This document shows positions 15,092 to 27,358 of a DNA stretch of 64,000 bases, in pieces (positions within the stretch are counted from its first letter, which is position 1; each line of letters opens with the position of its first letter). A program made the translations under genes and the position numbers. The DNA is from Lingula anatina (lineage: Eukaryota > Animalia > Brachiopoda), in NCBI GenBank assembly GCA_051362555.1, contig CM120641.1, positions 24,682,401 through 24,746,400 on the forward strand, in the 5' to 3' direction. Under the pieces are notes generated by a model. It was given only the letters and a program-made list of their open reading frames with translations, was not told where the DNA came from and ran no database searches.

Positions 15092-18000
15092 TGTTCCAGT
15101 CACTGTAATTTTTATATCAGCCTCTTCAAGGTAAACCAAGATCTTCTGGATAACATTGATTGGAGAGTGGTCACCTGAATTCTGAGTGAAAAAATACAAA
15201 ACATATATTCAGTTTTTTATCTTTATTCTTCGAGGCAAATATGAAAAAAAGGAGAAAAACAAAAAAGATGACATTGAAACAAAAATTACGAAGACCAGTT
15301 TTTAAACTTTTATTTGAGGTTATACAGTCCTGATATAGCAAATCTCACACTAGTATTAAAAATTTTAGCCAAATGTGAGACAAATTCCAACTTGGCTTGG
15401 AAAAATGAAAGAGATCATTCTCTTTAACAAAATATATCATTGACTTCTTTCACACCTCTTATTTGCAAAAATATTGCAGCCATTTGGTTACAAGAAGTTC
15501 TTTGTTAAACAGTCAAGCTAAGCATTCTTTATCACCACTAAACCCTCATAAAATCACAGCAGTAGAAATTTACCTCAAAATCATGAGAGGGAGAACTGTA
15601 AGGAAGGACTCCCCCTCCCCTCACCCCCCCCCCCAACTTTTGACCATTTTATATAAAACCAACAACTTTCAAAAACCTTTTTTGCAATTAGAGTGGAAAA
15701 TCACCAAAAGGAGGAAGAATCTCATTCCTGTTGAAAGACTATCATAAATATTGCAGTTCTAGCTGTTATGACCTCCCCTTCCTTTATCAATAAAGTTCCA
15801 CCCAATCAATCACGTTCACAGCTGCCATAAAGTTCAATGGAGCACTTTGAGCAAACTTCCAATCAGATAATGTGTTATAAAACAGTAACACTGGTTTATC
15901 CCACAGCCAGTACTCCCTTATCAAAACCTTTCTAAAGCACTAAACACACAAAGTTACTCATGTTCACAGTATAGTGAATGATGAATGATATGAGGATGGA
16001 AAGATAGATATATGTATACAGTGGCCAGTTTAACAAGAGAAGGTACTAAGCCCTAAAGTTAGTCTATTTCAATTGAGGATAAATGTGTACATAGTAGTAT
16101 ACTAAAATAAAGCATTTTTGTTCTGAAATATTAACCACATATTTCTTTTATGTAGCAGGCACAACTTTTCATGTATTAAGTGAACAACTGTTAACATATC
16201 AAAATATAATCTTAAAATTTGGTTTTGAATGAAGGACCGACATTTGGTTCTAAGTAGTTTCTTTTGTGAAACAAGCCACGAGTAATAATTTACTTTTAGT
16301 TTCAACTCACCTTGATAGTGCTCTGTAACTTGGCATTTGGATGCAAGCAGTCAATAAGCTTGCTGAGAAGAACACCATTCTGAAGTTCTGTCAGGTTTTC
16401 TATAAGAAGGCCTTCTTCATTCAAGATAGAGTTAGCCCAAGCCAAGTACAACTGAAGATGAAAATGATTAAAAATATCAAGGTTTCTTTCAAAAGCATCA
16501 TTGTTTTCACTCTGACTTGGCTAAAAGTTTTAGCCATTTATCAATTCCTACATGTAACTTCTTCATTTTTTTTTTTCATTAAAAAGTATTTGTTTGTCAG
16601 AACATGTGACCCATTTTATCTTCTCCAAATGCAATATCTTAATTTAGCATGTAAACTGTACATACTAGTAAAGGAGTGTGAGCCCATTATGATAACAATG
16701 ACTTTATCTACAATAAATGCTTCATTAAAATATTCATAATAAACAAGGCTCAACTACCTGCAGATTTTGCTGAGAGGATTAATTATGAGACTGAAGAAAC
16801 CTAAGGAATTGTACATTCCATCATCATGGTAGTATGGTACAGCATATGCTTCTATTTACATTACTTAAATGGACATATTAAATTATTAAATCAAAGCAGT
16901 TGGATTGAAAGAAGAATGCCACCATCATTCAGATGAATGTGCCAGACTTAAAGACATCCTGCATGGGTTAGAAAATGTCCAAAAATTTGAAAGTCATATT
17001 CTTATCCTGTAAAGCCTCTTATCTTTGGCTTATAAAACCTTAAAAATGAAACCTCTCAAATTAAAATCCATCAGAAGCATACCTAATGTTATATTTAATG
17101 GGGTAGCGCAAGCAATTTTTTTCGCTTAGCCAAATCACCACATTTTTGTCAATTTGTTATCAAAATGGTTATAATTTGGCTAAAACATGTCAAATCAAGC
17201 CCTTTTTCTTTAGCCAATTTAAGTCAGTTTTAGCATTTGGCTAAATTGGCGAGTGTTGGCGCCACCCCAGATTTCCATCTGAGCTTTAGAACTATCCTAG
17301 TACGTTAAAGCCATGGCATCTTTCAACTTCATATGAGAATAAAATTGTTTGTACCTTATATGATAAAGTTCACAATACAAAACACTGCACCATTCTCTCA
17401 TGTTATGAAATGAAAATGTTTTTCCAATTCTGTGATATCAGGAAGGTGGATGTCATTCTAAATAATTGGACAGTCAATAAGAGCGACATTATGCAAGTAA
17501 AGATGTAAAAATGGTACAAAACATCATATTCTTGTGCTTGGATAGTTCAAACAGTGACTCGTCAGTATCACTTAAAATCTTTTTGACAGAATATCTTCAG
17601 ATAGGAAACCTTCAAATAATAAGCAACATATCTGCAAACACATCCTATGAGTACATCTGATTTACAAGGAACTTTCTGAATACTTGCTTTCTTATACTTT
17701 TTTAAATTTAATATTTCATTTTATTTATTATTATTACTATTATTTATTTAATTATTTTTATTTATTTATTTATTTATTTTTGTTATGCTTTATTTATTGT
17801 GAAAAAAAATTGTGAAAAAAATTCATTGGAACAAATCAAAATGTAACAAGATAACGGGTCCAAATTTATTCTCAATGTTGGCCTGTGAGGTGGGTCTCGT
17901 CAAGTTAGGACGGCTCAATTTGAAAATTGAATGGTAACTTGACTGTATTAGTCTATATACCGTTTACTGTAGTAGTGTAACTACTGTAATAAACAACGTG

Positions 18001-18098
18001 AAAGATTAATCCTAGCATGGTGTAAAAAAACGTATCAAACGTTCAAAAAATAAAATTGATTTACCAACCTGTAGCACTGATCTAGTGCCATTGGCCAT
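53..18098 (-). CDS. Uncharacterised ~2001-aa protein: N-terminal tandem calponin-homology (CH1-CH2) actin-binding-type module, two coiled coils flanking a TQT-motif array, long Ser/Arg-rich disordered C-terminus (16 exons)
   Basis: Phase-consistent GT-AG exons: 18098-18069, 16451-16311, 15181-15091, 12716-12639, 12330-12219, 10652-10515, 10100-10028, 9036-8968, 8475-8368, 7645-7577, 7174-6976, 6739-4896, 4686-2180, 1994-1671, 1201-1033, 106-53 (6006 nt total). CH1 signatures LYLAWANSIL, ELQNGVLLSKLID and DIVNGDIKCMLDLLWAVILHF; CH2 signatures LVLDWCK, AAEEQLGV and DEHALLIYVALL. The last exon choice (53-106 vs read-through to the stop at 952) is uncertain. Confidence 0.8.
5455..5690 (-). repeat. 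Coding tandem repeat, 78-bp / 26-aa unit (about 2.5 copies), each carrying a TQT motif
   Basis: QHVTTQTDLYVGQGLFGNEPVTVFPV / QHAITQTNLHVGQGHLGNEFVTLSPV / QHAMTQTEE; matching DNA at 5461, 5539 and 5617. Confidence 0.9.
13100..13324 (-). mobile_element. MITE (PIF/Harbinger-like), copy A
   Basis: Imperfect TIRs (GACCCCATTCCCAAAGATTTTAGATCGATC ... GATCGATCTAAATCTCTGGGAATGCACCC) flanked by TTA/TTA; reverse-complement homologue at 18992-19217. Confidence 0.8.
15055..15088. repeat. (TC)n microsatellite next to a splice donor
   Basis: Direct reading. Other microsatellites: (GA)n 12113-12133 and 34740-34769, (ATT)n 27329-27358, (TG)n 36222-36258, (CA)n about 48315-48343. Confidence 0.9.
17099..17269. 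mobile_element. Small degenerate MITE-like element
   Basis: Termini TGGGGTAGCGC ... GCGCCACCCCA are near-inverted; internal repeated TTAGCCAA/TTGGCTAA motifs. No clear TSD. Confidence 0.5.
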
Positions 18099-18179
18099 GT
18101 TTTCAATTATTTTATCAGCATTCTTATCAATCCATGTTCGGTAATTTTTTTGGTCCTCATTTCAGCGTGTCACGGTTCT

Positions 18180-18430
18180 TGAAAAGCCGCCATTTGTACA
18201 CAAACCACTGACCAAAACAAGGAATGACTTTTAGTTGGCCGGAACATACGATGGAACATTCTTATTATTTTTGGATATATCTAACTTTAAACGAAGATTT
18301 CATAATATTAACACTGTTTTTCTATGTTTTATTTGATGAATATGAACAAAAGCATTTTTTAAATTCTTAAAACTGACTCTTATATTATCTGCGCAAGCGC
18401 ATTTTTCCACAACAACAACACTTCCGGGAG
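18180..18430. promoter_or_regulatory. Bidirectional promoter between the CH-domain gene and kelch
   Basis: Divergent genes. YY1-like CGCCATTT (about 18188), CCGGAA (about 18239), NRF1-like TGCGCAAGCGCA (about 18390) and ETS/GABPA CACTTCCGG (about 18419). Candidate non-coding kelch first exon ends at a GTAAGT donor near 18515. Confidence 0.6.
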
Positions 18431-18991
18431 TAACAAAGAGGAGGACGTGAGTTTGTGCAAGAAGTTTGTCGATTTACATTTTTCGAAGGTGTGAAGACTT
18501 TCCATACAGTTGAAGTAAGTTTGTTTCTACTTTCCACTGTCAATAACATATGTAATTTATGTTAAAGAGTTCATAATTTATGTCACGCCCCCACTCCCAG
18601 TGTCTAGACTGACAACATTAAATTTGACTTTTTTTATCAATTAGTATTCTGTTTTTAATATAATATTGATGATAACGAACTGAAAACATCACATGTGATC
18701 ATGCATCATTTCTTTGTGATCATATTTTGTTCATTTGTACCCGAACTGCCTTAAAATATTAATTAAAATGACATTGACTACCGTTATTTGAGTCATATCT
18801 GTGTAGGTACATCTGTAATGCCTTTATGTACATCTAATGTGTAGAACTTAGGGGCAATAAATTTTTTTGTTAATGTTTGTTTGACAAAATACAAGGTTAA
18901 TTTTGTTTCAAGCGATATCATGCTGTATGTATTCACTGTTGTGCAAGTTAAACAAGATTTAGATAGCTGCTCTGGTCGAAGGGAAGACATA

Positions 18992-19217
18992 GGGTGCTTT
19001 CCCAGAGATTTAGATCAATCTAAAGATTAAGTTTTAGATCGACCTAACTCCCTGGGGGTTCACGCTAAATTGCAGTCAGCCGAGTGGGCACCATAGTTAA
19101 TTACCCCCTTACAGCTTTTAGTAGGCGGGACAGACGCTTAAGCCGGCCAAGCTGACAGTAATCTAGTGAGACTCCCCACAGGGATAGATCAATCTAAAAA
19201 TCTATGGAAATGGGGTG
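18992..19217 (+). mobile_element. MITE (PIF/Harbinger-like), copy B
   Basis: Reverse complement of 13100-13324 over about 225 bp; flanked by ATA/ATA 3-bp duplication. Confidence 0.8.
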
Positions 19218-20416
19218 ATACTGTACTAGTATTCACTTACCTCTTTCTGCTCACATTTGGTATTGTAAACCATTATCACCAATGTTGCCTTACTTAGTCT
19301 AATGTATAAGTAATAAATGAATTTCAAATTGATCAAAAGATGAAACGTGAACTTAGTCATATTTTAGCCAAGTTTTGTCCATTATTATTATTATTATTAT
19401 ACTGTTTTCAAACATGCGTAATTCTGTATCAAAATTAAATAAGTTGTGACTGTTAGGCTTTGTATTCTTGCTTAGGGTCATAGTGTAAAAATACAATTTT
19501 TTTTGGGGGGAGGGGGATGATTTGTTTGTTTAGAAAGGTTATTTAAAATATATATTCCCTTTTAAGTGCCATTCCTCTATGTACCCTTCTTGTAAGATAG
19601 TGTCATGCTCAAAGTTTTAATTCCTGCAAATTTTTTTTTTTTTTTTTTTTTTTTTGAGGGGGAGGGGGGGAATACTTAGTGTTAATTTGATAATTGATGA
19701 TCTGAACCTGGTGCTGAAGGTATGATGCAATGAAAGAGGACACCATTGTCTGTTATGTAGTCATTTCTTAGGTGTAATGTATTGGAAAGTGGTGTATCGA
19801 TTGTCTGCTTGCACTGTTGCCTATGTAACCTTTTAAGCATCGGCTGAACCTTCATATAGTAATAGATATGGCATTAAAGGAAATTTAAGCCTGCTATGTA
19901 ATGAATGTTTCAGATGTTGTTGCTGATAATATCAGGCTGAATTGTCATAAATGCCCCATTCTGTGGTTGCAGAAAGGGATAAAATAAACGGATGGTTTAA
20001 TATGATCTAGCAGTTCACTTTGACATACATGCTGAATTGTCTGTGGTTGCTGTGATTTTTTGCAATATGTTTATAGTTCTCCTGGAACCATAGAAGCAAT
20101 TATTTGATTCAAATGAAAACAGATAAAGATATGGTGATAGAATGGGTTTGAGCATAAAGTTGCATCTGACTGTAGGAGTCAGTTGAATTCTAAATGTGGG
20201 GTTTGAAATATTTATTAAGCAAAATATAAATCTCTATGTTTTTACAACTAGAAGCATTAATGTCCTTTTTTGTTTTGATTGCCTCAAGTCACTTTTCACT
20301 ATTCCAGTTAATACCAATTACTGTATACTGTATATTACTTGAGATATACCCATTTCTATTTTAGGCACATATTTAATCCCCTGTCCAGTGGAAGGAGTCC
20401 CCAGGGTGGAAGCAAG

Positions 20417-23400
20417 ATGGAGGAGGATATGGAAGTAAGCTGTGCTCAGGCAGACCAGCTGAGAACTCCTGCGCCATACAGACATCCTCATCACACACAG
20501 AAGGCTTTTGATGTCCTGAATATGATGAGAAAGTTAGTACACACCCCAGGGGTTGGTTTGGCATCATAAGTTGAAATCAAAAATGGGCCTTAGCTTTTAG
20601 AACAAAATAAATGGATCTACAATGGCAAAAAATTACTTGTTAGACATAATAGCCATTTATTTCTTGTTATGAAACAATTCATGATTTCATATAATTAAAC
20701 TACTTTTGATTTATTTTGGGTCAAGCAGATTTTTTGTTTTAAAGATAGAACAAATTTGGGCTCAGACTTCTAAACTCAGAAAGTCTGCTTTGTAGTATTG
20801 GTCAGAGAGTGATAACTTATGATAAAAGATTGCACAATCACAGTTTGCTTTTAAAGCTCAGTTAAAAAGATCAAAATTTGAGCAAAATGGCATTTCTGAT
20901 TCTTTGTGAAATGCAACTTAAATTCCCAGTTGTAAAATGGGAAACCACCACTTTTTTCTTTTGATTGTATTGCGTGCCTTTTTTTTTCAAAAATATTCAG
21001 TTTCCACTAAATATATAGATCTAGGAATTTGAAAATTTGTGAAACCCAGTTGATTTGCTCTCTTTGAATTAAATTTATTTAGTTTGGTTAATTACCATGT
21101 ATCTCAATATCTTCAAGTAAGGCACATTGTTTTTAGTGAATGCTTTGACTGCTTTTAAAAAAATTAAGGAAATAACAAACTTAATCATGACTATCCTTGC
21201 TGCACAATATGTAGTGACTAGTCCCAAACTGAGATCACAGTGGTAAGAATTGGATTTCAGGAGATCAATACTTATCACTCAGGGGAAGTGCATATACAAG
21301 GCACATTTGAGTAATGTATTGAATTTGCATTGACTGGCCTTGGGAGAGGAAAGAACTTCAATCTCTACTCTGCATTGATCTGCAGGAATCACCAGAGGTT
21401 TTCTCTGCTAAGACCATGCATTATTCTACCATATAGAACTTTTCATTGCACGTGTCACTCAGACTAGTAGGCATTACAAAAACTGCTAGCTTAAATGAGA
21501 ATTAACTAAATATTTCAAAGATGGAGTTATAATTAATGGAAAGATGAGCTAGAACAAATGCTGAAATTTCCACATGTCCAATCTGACTTGTATCTCTGAA
21601 AAATTCAATTTTTTACCAGTCTCATGTCAATTAAAGGTGTTGGTCGCCTTAGACTGGCTACTTACATTGCAGTTTGTTATACATTCTTTAAAAAATTATA
21701 TATGTACATTATTTTGCACATTTTATATTTTATTCATGTTGCTCAATCTTAATATTTGCTATTGACGCATGGTTTCAAAAGCAGAAAAGTTAGCCCCTGT
21801 AGTTATTGCATTTGCTAGTGTACTCACAAAAATATTTTATGGTATTTATTCAGTAATTTGGTCTTCAACAGTGGAGAATTTCTGAGAATTTTGGTTTTAA
21901 CACTAAATATAAATTATTCACAATTTTTTAAGGTCATTTGAGTCCTTTACTTCAGGCTGTATTAGTAATTTCATACATAAAACACGATTCTCTGATTATT
22001 TCTTTTTGAGTATGATTTTTTTTGTCACTTTTCCCAATCCATAGAAAACATTCAGAAACTACATTTTCTTTTATGACTTCTCTAGACAGGCCCTCCTGTG
22101 CGATGTCCTTATCATAGTGGACGGCAAAGAAATCCCTGCCCACAAGTCTGTGCTGTCCTCTTGCAGTCCATATTTCTATGCTATGTTCACCAATGACCTG
22201 TCAGAGGCCAGGTCCAATAGAGTGATGCTGCAGGACGTGGATGGGAAGGCACTCACACAGTTGATTGACTTTATTTACACCTCAGAGATTGGAGTAACAG
22301 AGGAGAATGTACAGGTAGGATATTGACAGGTGTTGACTTTATTTACCCCTCAGAGATTGGAGTGACAAGGGAGATAGGTAGGATATTGACTACGTAGTGT
22401 TAACTTTATTTGCACCCAAGAGATTGAGAGCAGAATGTACGGGTAGGACTTTGACAAGTGCTAAAGGCTCTGGATTTAAGATTTTTTTCCATGGATAATG
22501 AACACTTGGATGTTCTGTTGAGTGGATATTGGATGCATTGATGCTAGACATTTATTGAGCTGGGTCCAGATGGCAAGTCCATGTAGATAAAAGTGGATGT
22601 TATATGCTTGTTATAATTTGTTTATCTCATGTCTGAAAACCATGTGTAAAGTGATACACTTAAACAGATTGCTTACTTTAGGATTATGTTTAATGATATA
22701 TTTTGATTATTGATTTTTCATTTACATTCAACAGTTTTACCATTTACCCTTCATTATCCTTCAAACAGGGGTTAAATTATTCAGAAATTTACACTTTAAT
22801 ACTTCAGATCTTGTTGTCGGCAGCCAATCTTCTTCAGCTTGTGGAGGTTAGAAATGCATGTTGCGAGTTCCTTCAGTCACAGCTCCATCCATCCAACTGC
22901 CTTGGGATCAAGGATTTTGCGGACCTCCACGCCTGTACAGAACTTATGAATTATGCTCAGGCTTATACAGAACAACACTTTAGGTAAATAACCAGGTTGA
23001 ATTCTGTCAAGTCTAGTTCAGCATGCAGTTAGTAGAGCATGTGCTCACTGTGAGGTAGGATGATGTAATATTATATGTCCATATGTCCAAGTGGAACTAT
23101 ATAGTAATCTTAAAGTGGAAAATATACACTAAAGTTTCTACTGCAACTGCAGTCTTGTACACACTAATGTCTTGATGGTGATTGTCATATCACTAAATGG
23201 ATACTGTTAGGAGAAAGGTCAGTGGACTTGCCTGTCCCCACCACCCACATCCACCCAGTAGCAGGAATCCAGTAATGTGTTAGATTCTTTTGAAACAATG
23301 TAATTTAATCTGAAGGGAAGGCTGTTAAGTTTTCATGATTTCAGTGTATTTTGTTAAATTTCAGTGAGGTTGTAAAACATGATGAATTTCTCAACCTTTC

Positions 23401-26400
23401 TTCATCACAAGTAACAGAACTAATATCTAGTGATAGACTCAGTGTGCAATCAGAAGAAAATGTGAGTATAATCATCTGTCTGAAGCTCAGAAAAATATTC
23501 TGCTCGCTTATTCCAATATTTTTATTTGGTATATTTAGGAAAATATAACTTGATAAATGGTTTATAATATTGATGTATATATATACTCTATGTTTCAATT
23601 TTTCAATTACTTTTTTAGTTGGTGGTGTTGAATATATTAGTCAAGAACTATTTTCACCCATGATGCCATTTGATCTAATGCATTGTCATAACTAATATGA
23701 TGTCACAACCAATACACTAACTTATGACACACTGTCACATGTTACATATATATCACATTTTGTTCTAGGTGTTTGAATCAGTGATAGGATGGATTGGCCG
23801 GGACCCCGCCAATAGACAACAATACATATCTCAGTTAATGGAACATGTCCGACTTCCATTGCTATCTCAAGAATATCTAGTAGAGACAGTTGGAGAAGAA
23901 AACCTTATTAAGACTAATATATTTTGTAAAGACTTGCTTATTGAGGCTATGAAATTTCATCTGACCAAAGGAGACCAGAAAGCAGTGTATAAAACCCCAA
24001 GGACAAAACCCAGGACGCCAATAGGTTTGCCAAAGGTATGGGGTCTCTGCATAGTCAAATTTTTTGTAAAATGATAATATATTAAGTCCAAAGCAAAGGG
24101 ACAGGCTAATGACTTATGCCCATCAATTTATTTTTTTCTCTGTGTTATAATGAAATTCACCCAGTATTGTGCTGCAATGTCTTTGCATTTGGAACAATAA
24201 AAAAAAAAAACTGTACTAAAAAGTATCAGCCAATAAATTGTCAGGTGGGTGCAGTCCTTCCTATCCAACCGCTCCCAGAGAGTAAAATATAAAAGCTCAC
24301 TCTCTGAATGGCTTCACCCACATGGTGGAGTACCCCAGGGTACCCTTCTTGGGCCACTGCTTTTTGCCATCATGATTGATGACTTAAAATCCAGATGTCC
24401 AGACTACAAATATGTTGACGATACTACAGTGTATGACATTTGTAATATTGATGGTCCATGCCACTTACAAAGTGCAAGTAATGAAATAGTGCTGTGGACA
24501 CAAAATAACAATATGAAACTGAATGCCAAAAAAACCAAGACCATGACCCTAAATTTTACACGTTCTAAACCAGACCTCCCACCAATAGTTATAAATGACA
24601 CACCAATCTGTGAGGTTACACAGTTCAAACTTCTGGGCATCCATATTAGCAATGACCTAAAATGGGGTACTCATGTGGATCATATATATAAAAAGGCATG
24701 TGCAAGACTCTATTTCCTCCGTCAACTGAAGCGAGCTAAGCTCAGCCCTGCTGACTTAATCCAAGTTTACCAAAGTATTGTGCGCTCAATTCTAGAATAT
24801 GCCTGTCCTGTATGGCATCCAGGACTAACTATAGAGCAATGCAAACTTTTAGAGACTGTCCAAAGTCGTGCTTTAAAAATCATTTTCCCTGACCTACACT
24901 ATGATGAAGCCCTGAACCTAGCAAATATGTGCACTTTAGAAAAACGAAGGGAAGATCTGTGCAAAACTTTCTTTTACAAAATAACTGAATCCTCTGACAA
25001 ATTGAATCACGTCTTAATTGAGCATTCCAATCGTCTTTTAAGATCTAACAATAGATACAAAGTGCCAAAATTTAAGACCGACAGATTCCGATGCTCTTTT
25101 ATTCCATATGCACTTTTAAATTTCCAATAGTCTTATGCTGTCTTTTATCTTAAGTACAATAATTTTAAAGTTCAGTTAGCAGTCTAAGTACAATAATTTT
25201 AAAGTTCAGTTAGCAGTCTTTTAACTCAGTTTTATTCATGCAAACTTTCATTTTATTATCATTATAATTTTTTTTAAACATTCTATGTACAACTTCAACC
25301 CACTGGGTTGCAATCTTAATAAATTATTATTATTATATTATTATTATAATTCTTACTGACCTAATGGTTCACCTAGTATGTTTATCTTTATGTCTTCATA
25401 TATCACTATGTATTCAGGTTCTACTGGTGATGGGTGGACAAGCACCCAAAGCCATCAGAAGTGTGGAGGTGTATGATTTCAAGGAGGAGAAGTGGATGAC
25501 AGCAGCAGAGATGCCATCACGGAGGTGTAGATGTGGTAAGGGAGTACACAGACTCTGGGTCAATAAGCCTTAGCCAATGATTTCGTGTTATGGGAAATTA
25601 TTTGTTGAAAGTCCATTTTATATGTATTTTTGATGTTTCTTTGCTATATCTCCAATATTTTCTTTTAAACAGTACTGTCTTTAAGATGTATGCAGTTATT
25701 TATATATTTTTTCCATATTTTATTCCAGGCACCGCTGTCTTGAACACCTTAGTCTATGCTATAGGAGGTTTCAATGGGTCATTACGTGTACGGACAGTGG
25801 ATGTTTATGACCCGGCCAAAGACGCGTGGACCACGGTGGCCAGTATGGAGGCCCGTAGGAGCACCCTGGGGGCAGCCGTGTTAGGAGGGCTCATCTACGC
25901 GGTAGGGGGCTTTGATGGCACCACTGGGCTCAATTCAGCAGAGTATTATGACCCACGGACCAATGAATGGAGAATGATATCACCTATGAGCACAAGGAGG
26001 AGCAGTGTTGGTGTGGGAGTGGTGGGACGTAAGTATTGGAGATAGGCAAGTGAATCATAATGATAACAAGTGGTAATGATTATTATAATGATTTATTTTT
26101 GATACATAAAAATTCAGGGTAAAAACCATGGGTTTGAATTAAAAGATGATATTAACATTAAAATACAATATTACATTTTACTATTATAAAAGCTAGGGTT
26201 ATGGAATGTAAAAATTGGATGTAAATGAATATGTGTTATGGGAGAAAGTACTTTTAAAATGAGTTGCCAATAACTAGCATTAGAAAGGAACATATCTATC
26301 TTAGTTTGCATGACTAGAAGTAGATTTATTTGAATTAGCTTCATCATTTCTGTCTGTTTAACTTCAGATCACCTGTATGCAGTAGGAGGATATGATGGGG

Positions 26401-27161
26401 CATCACGGCACTGTCTAAGTTCTGTAGAGTGTTATAGTCCTGAGGCTGATATTTGGGCTGGTATAGCCGACATGTCATGTAGGCGCAGTGGGGCAGGTTA
26501 GTACTTGCAACTATGTGTGAAACTAATATTTGTGCAGATGTAGAGAATGTTTCTTTTAATAAACATGTATTTTTAAATGAAAGTGCTTGCATGCACTCAC
26601 TGATATGTAGGTCTATAATGTATAAGTCAGTAAAGGATGACATCACAGAAACCATGATCACTGTATTGTGTACCTTCCAGGTGTGGGGGTATTGGAGGGG
26701 TTGCTGTACGCAGTGGGAGGTCATGATGGCCCTCTTGTCAGGAAGAGTGTGGAGGCATATAACCCAGAGATCAACACATGGTCGCAGGTGGCCAACATGC
26801 ACCTGGCTAGGAGGAATGCAGGTGAGTGTGACCCAGGTATTATATCACGTGATGAAGCATGTTGACAAGTGAAATTTGCTAAATCTGATTATCATGTACA
26901 CAAACACTCTCTCTCACACACTCATAAACAAAACGTCACTGTGTCCAACACAAACTGATTACACTGTTTTCTCTCTCTTTCTCCCCAGGTGTGGTGGCAC
27001 ATGGTGGTTTCCTGTGGGTCATAGGTGGTGATGATGGTATCTCTAATCTGGGCTCAGTGGAATTCTATAATCCTAAAACAGATACATGGACACTGTTGCC
27101 CAGCAACTTACAGACTGGAAGGAGCTATGCCTCCGTAGCAGTGGTGGATAAACCACTGTGA
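20417..27161 (+). CDS. KLHL2/3: Kelch-like BTB-BACK-Kelch protein, KLHL2/KLHL3/Drosophila kelch family (CUL3 adaptor)
   Basis: Exons 20417-20532, 22086-22314, 22808-22983, 23365-23461, 23769-24035, 25418-25535, 25729-26028, 26368-26496, 26681-26821, 26989-27161. BTB LCDV...[19 protein letters not shown]; [13 protein letters not shown] and MEHVRLPLL; kelch repeats [25 protein letters not shown] and [13 protein letters not shown]; C-terminus VVDKPL*. The start codon may lie further upstream. Confidence 0.93.
22266..22460 (+). repeat. Degenerate tandem triplication (about 65 bp) of a kelch exon 3' end plus splice donor
   Basis: TTGACTTTATTTACACCTCAGAGATTGGAGT...GGTAGGATATTGAC recurs at about 22266, 22333 and 22400. 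Confidence 0.8.
24237..25348 (+). mobile_element. 5'-truncated non-LTR retrotransposon (L2/CR1 group), RT C-terminal half, in a kelch intron
   Basis: ORF 24249-25130 with [29 protein letters not shown] and LEYACPVW. The 3' UTR has a 34-bp tandem duplication, hairpin CAACCC-ACT-GGGTTG (25296-25310), AATAAA and a (TTA)n tail. Confidence 0.92.
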
Positions 27162-27327
27162 TCAGCAGCATGTTTGTGTGTGATCACATTGTCAAGATGG
27201 AGCCAGTCTCACAAGACAACTCGAGCCAAAAGTTGCTGTTATTGTTATGGTGAAATTTGCTCTACAGTAACTTCAGGATAAATTTGAAGAAGTTCACCAA
27301 AAGTAACTGTTTGTCAGTAAGCTAAGA

Positions 27328-27358
<31 letters not shown>

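Noticed and set aside
27159-27290. Stop-codon read-through as in Drosophila kelch (UGA followed by ORF2)
   Set aside because: The stop is UGA, but the downstream frame closes after about 40 codons and lacks a CUAG-type context.
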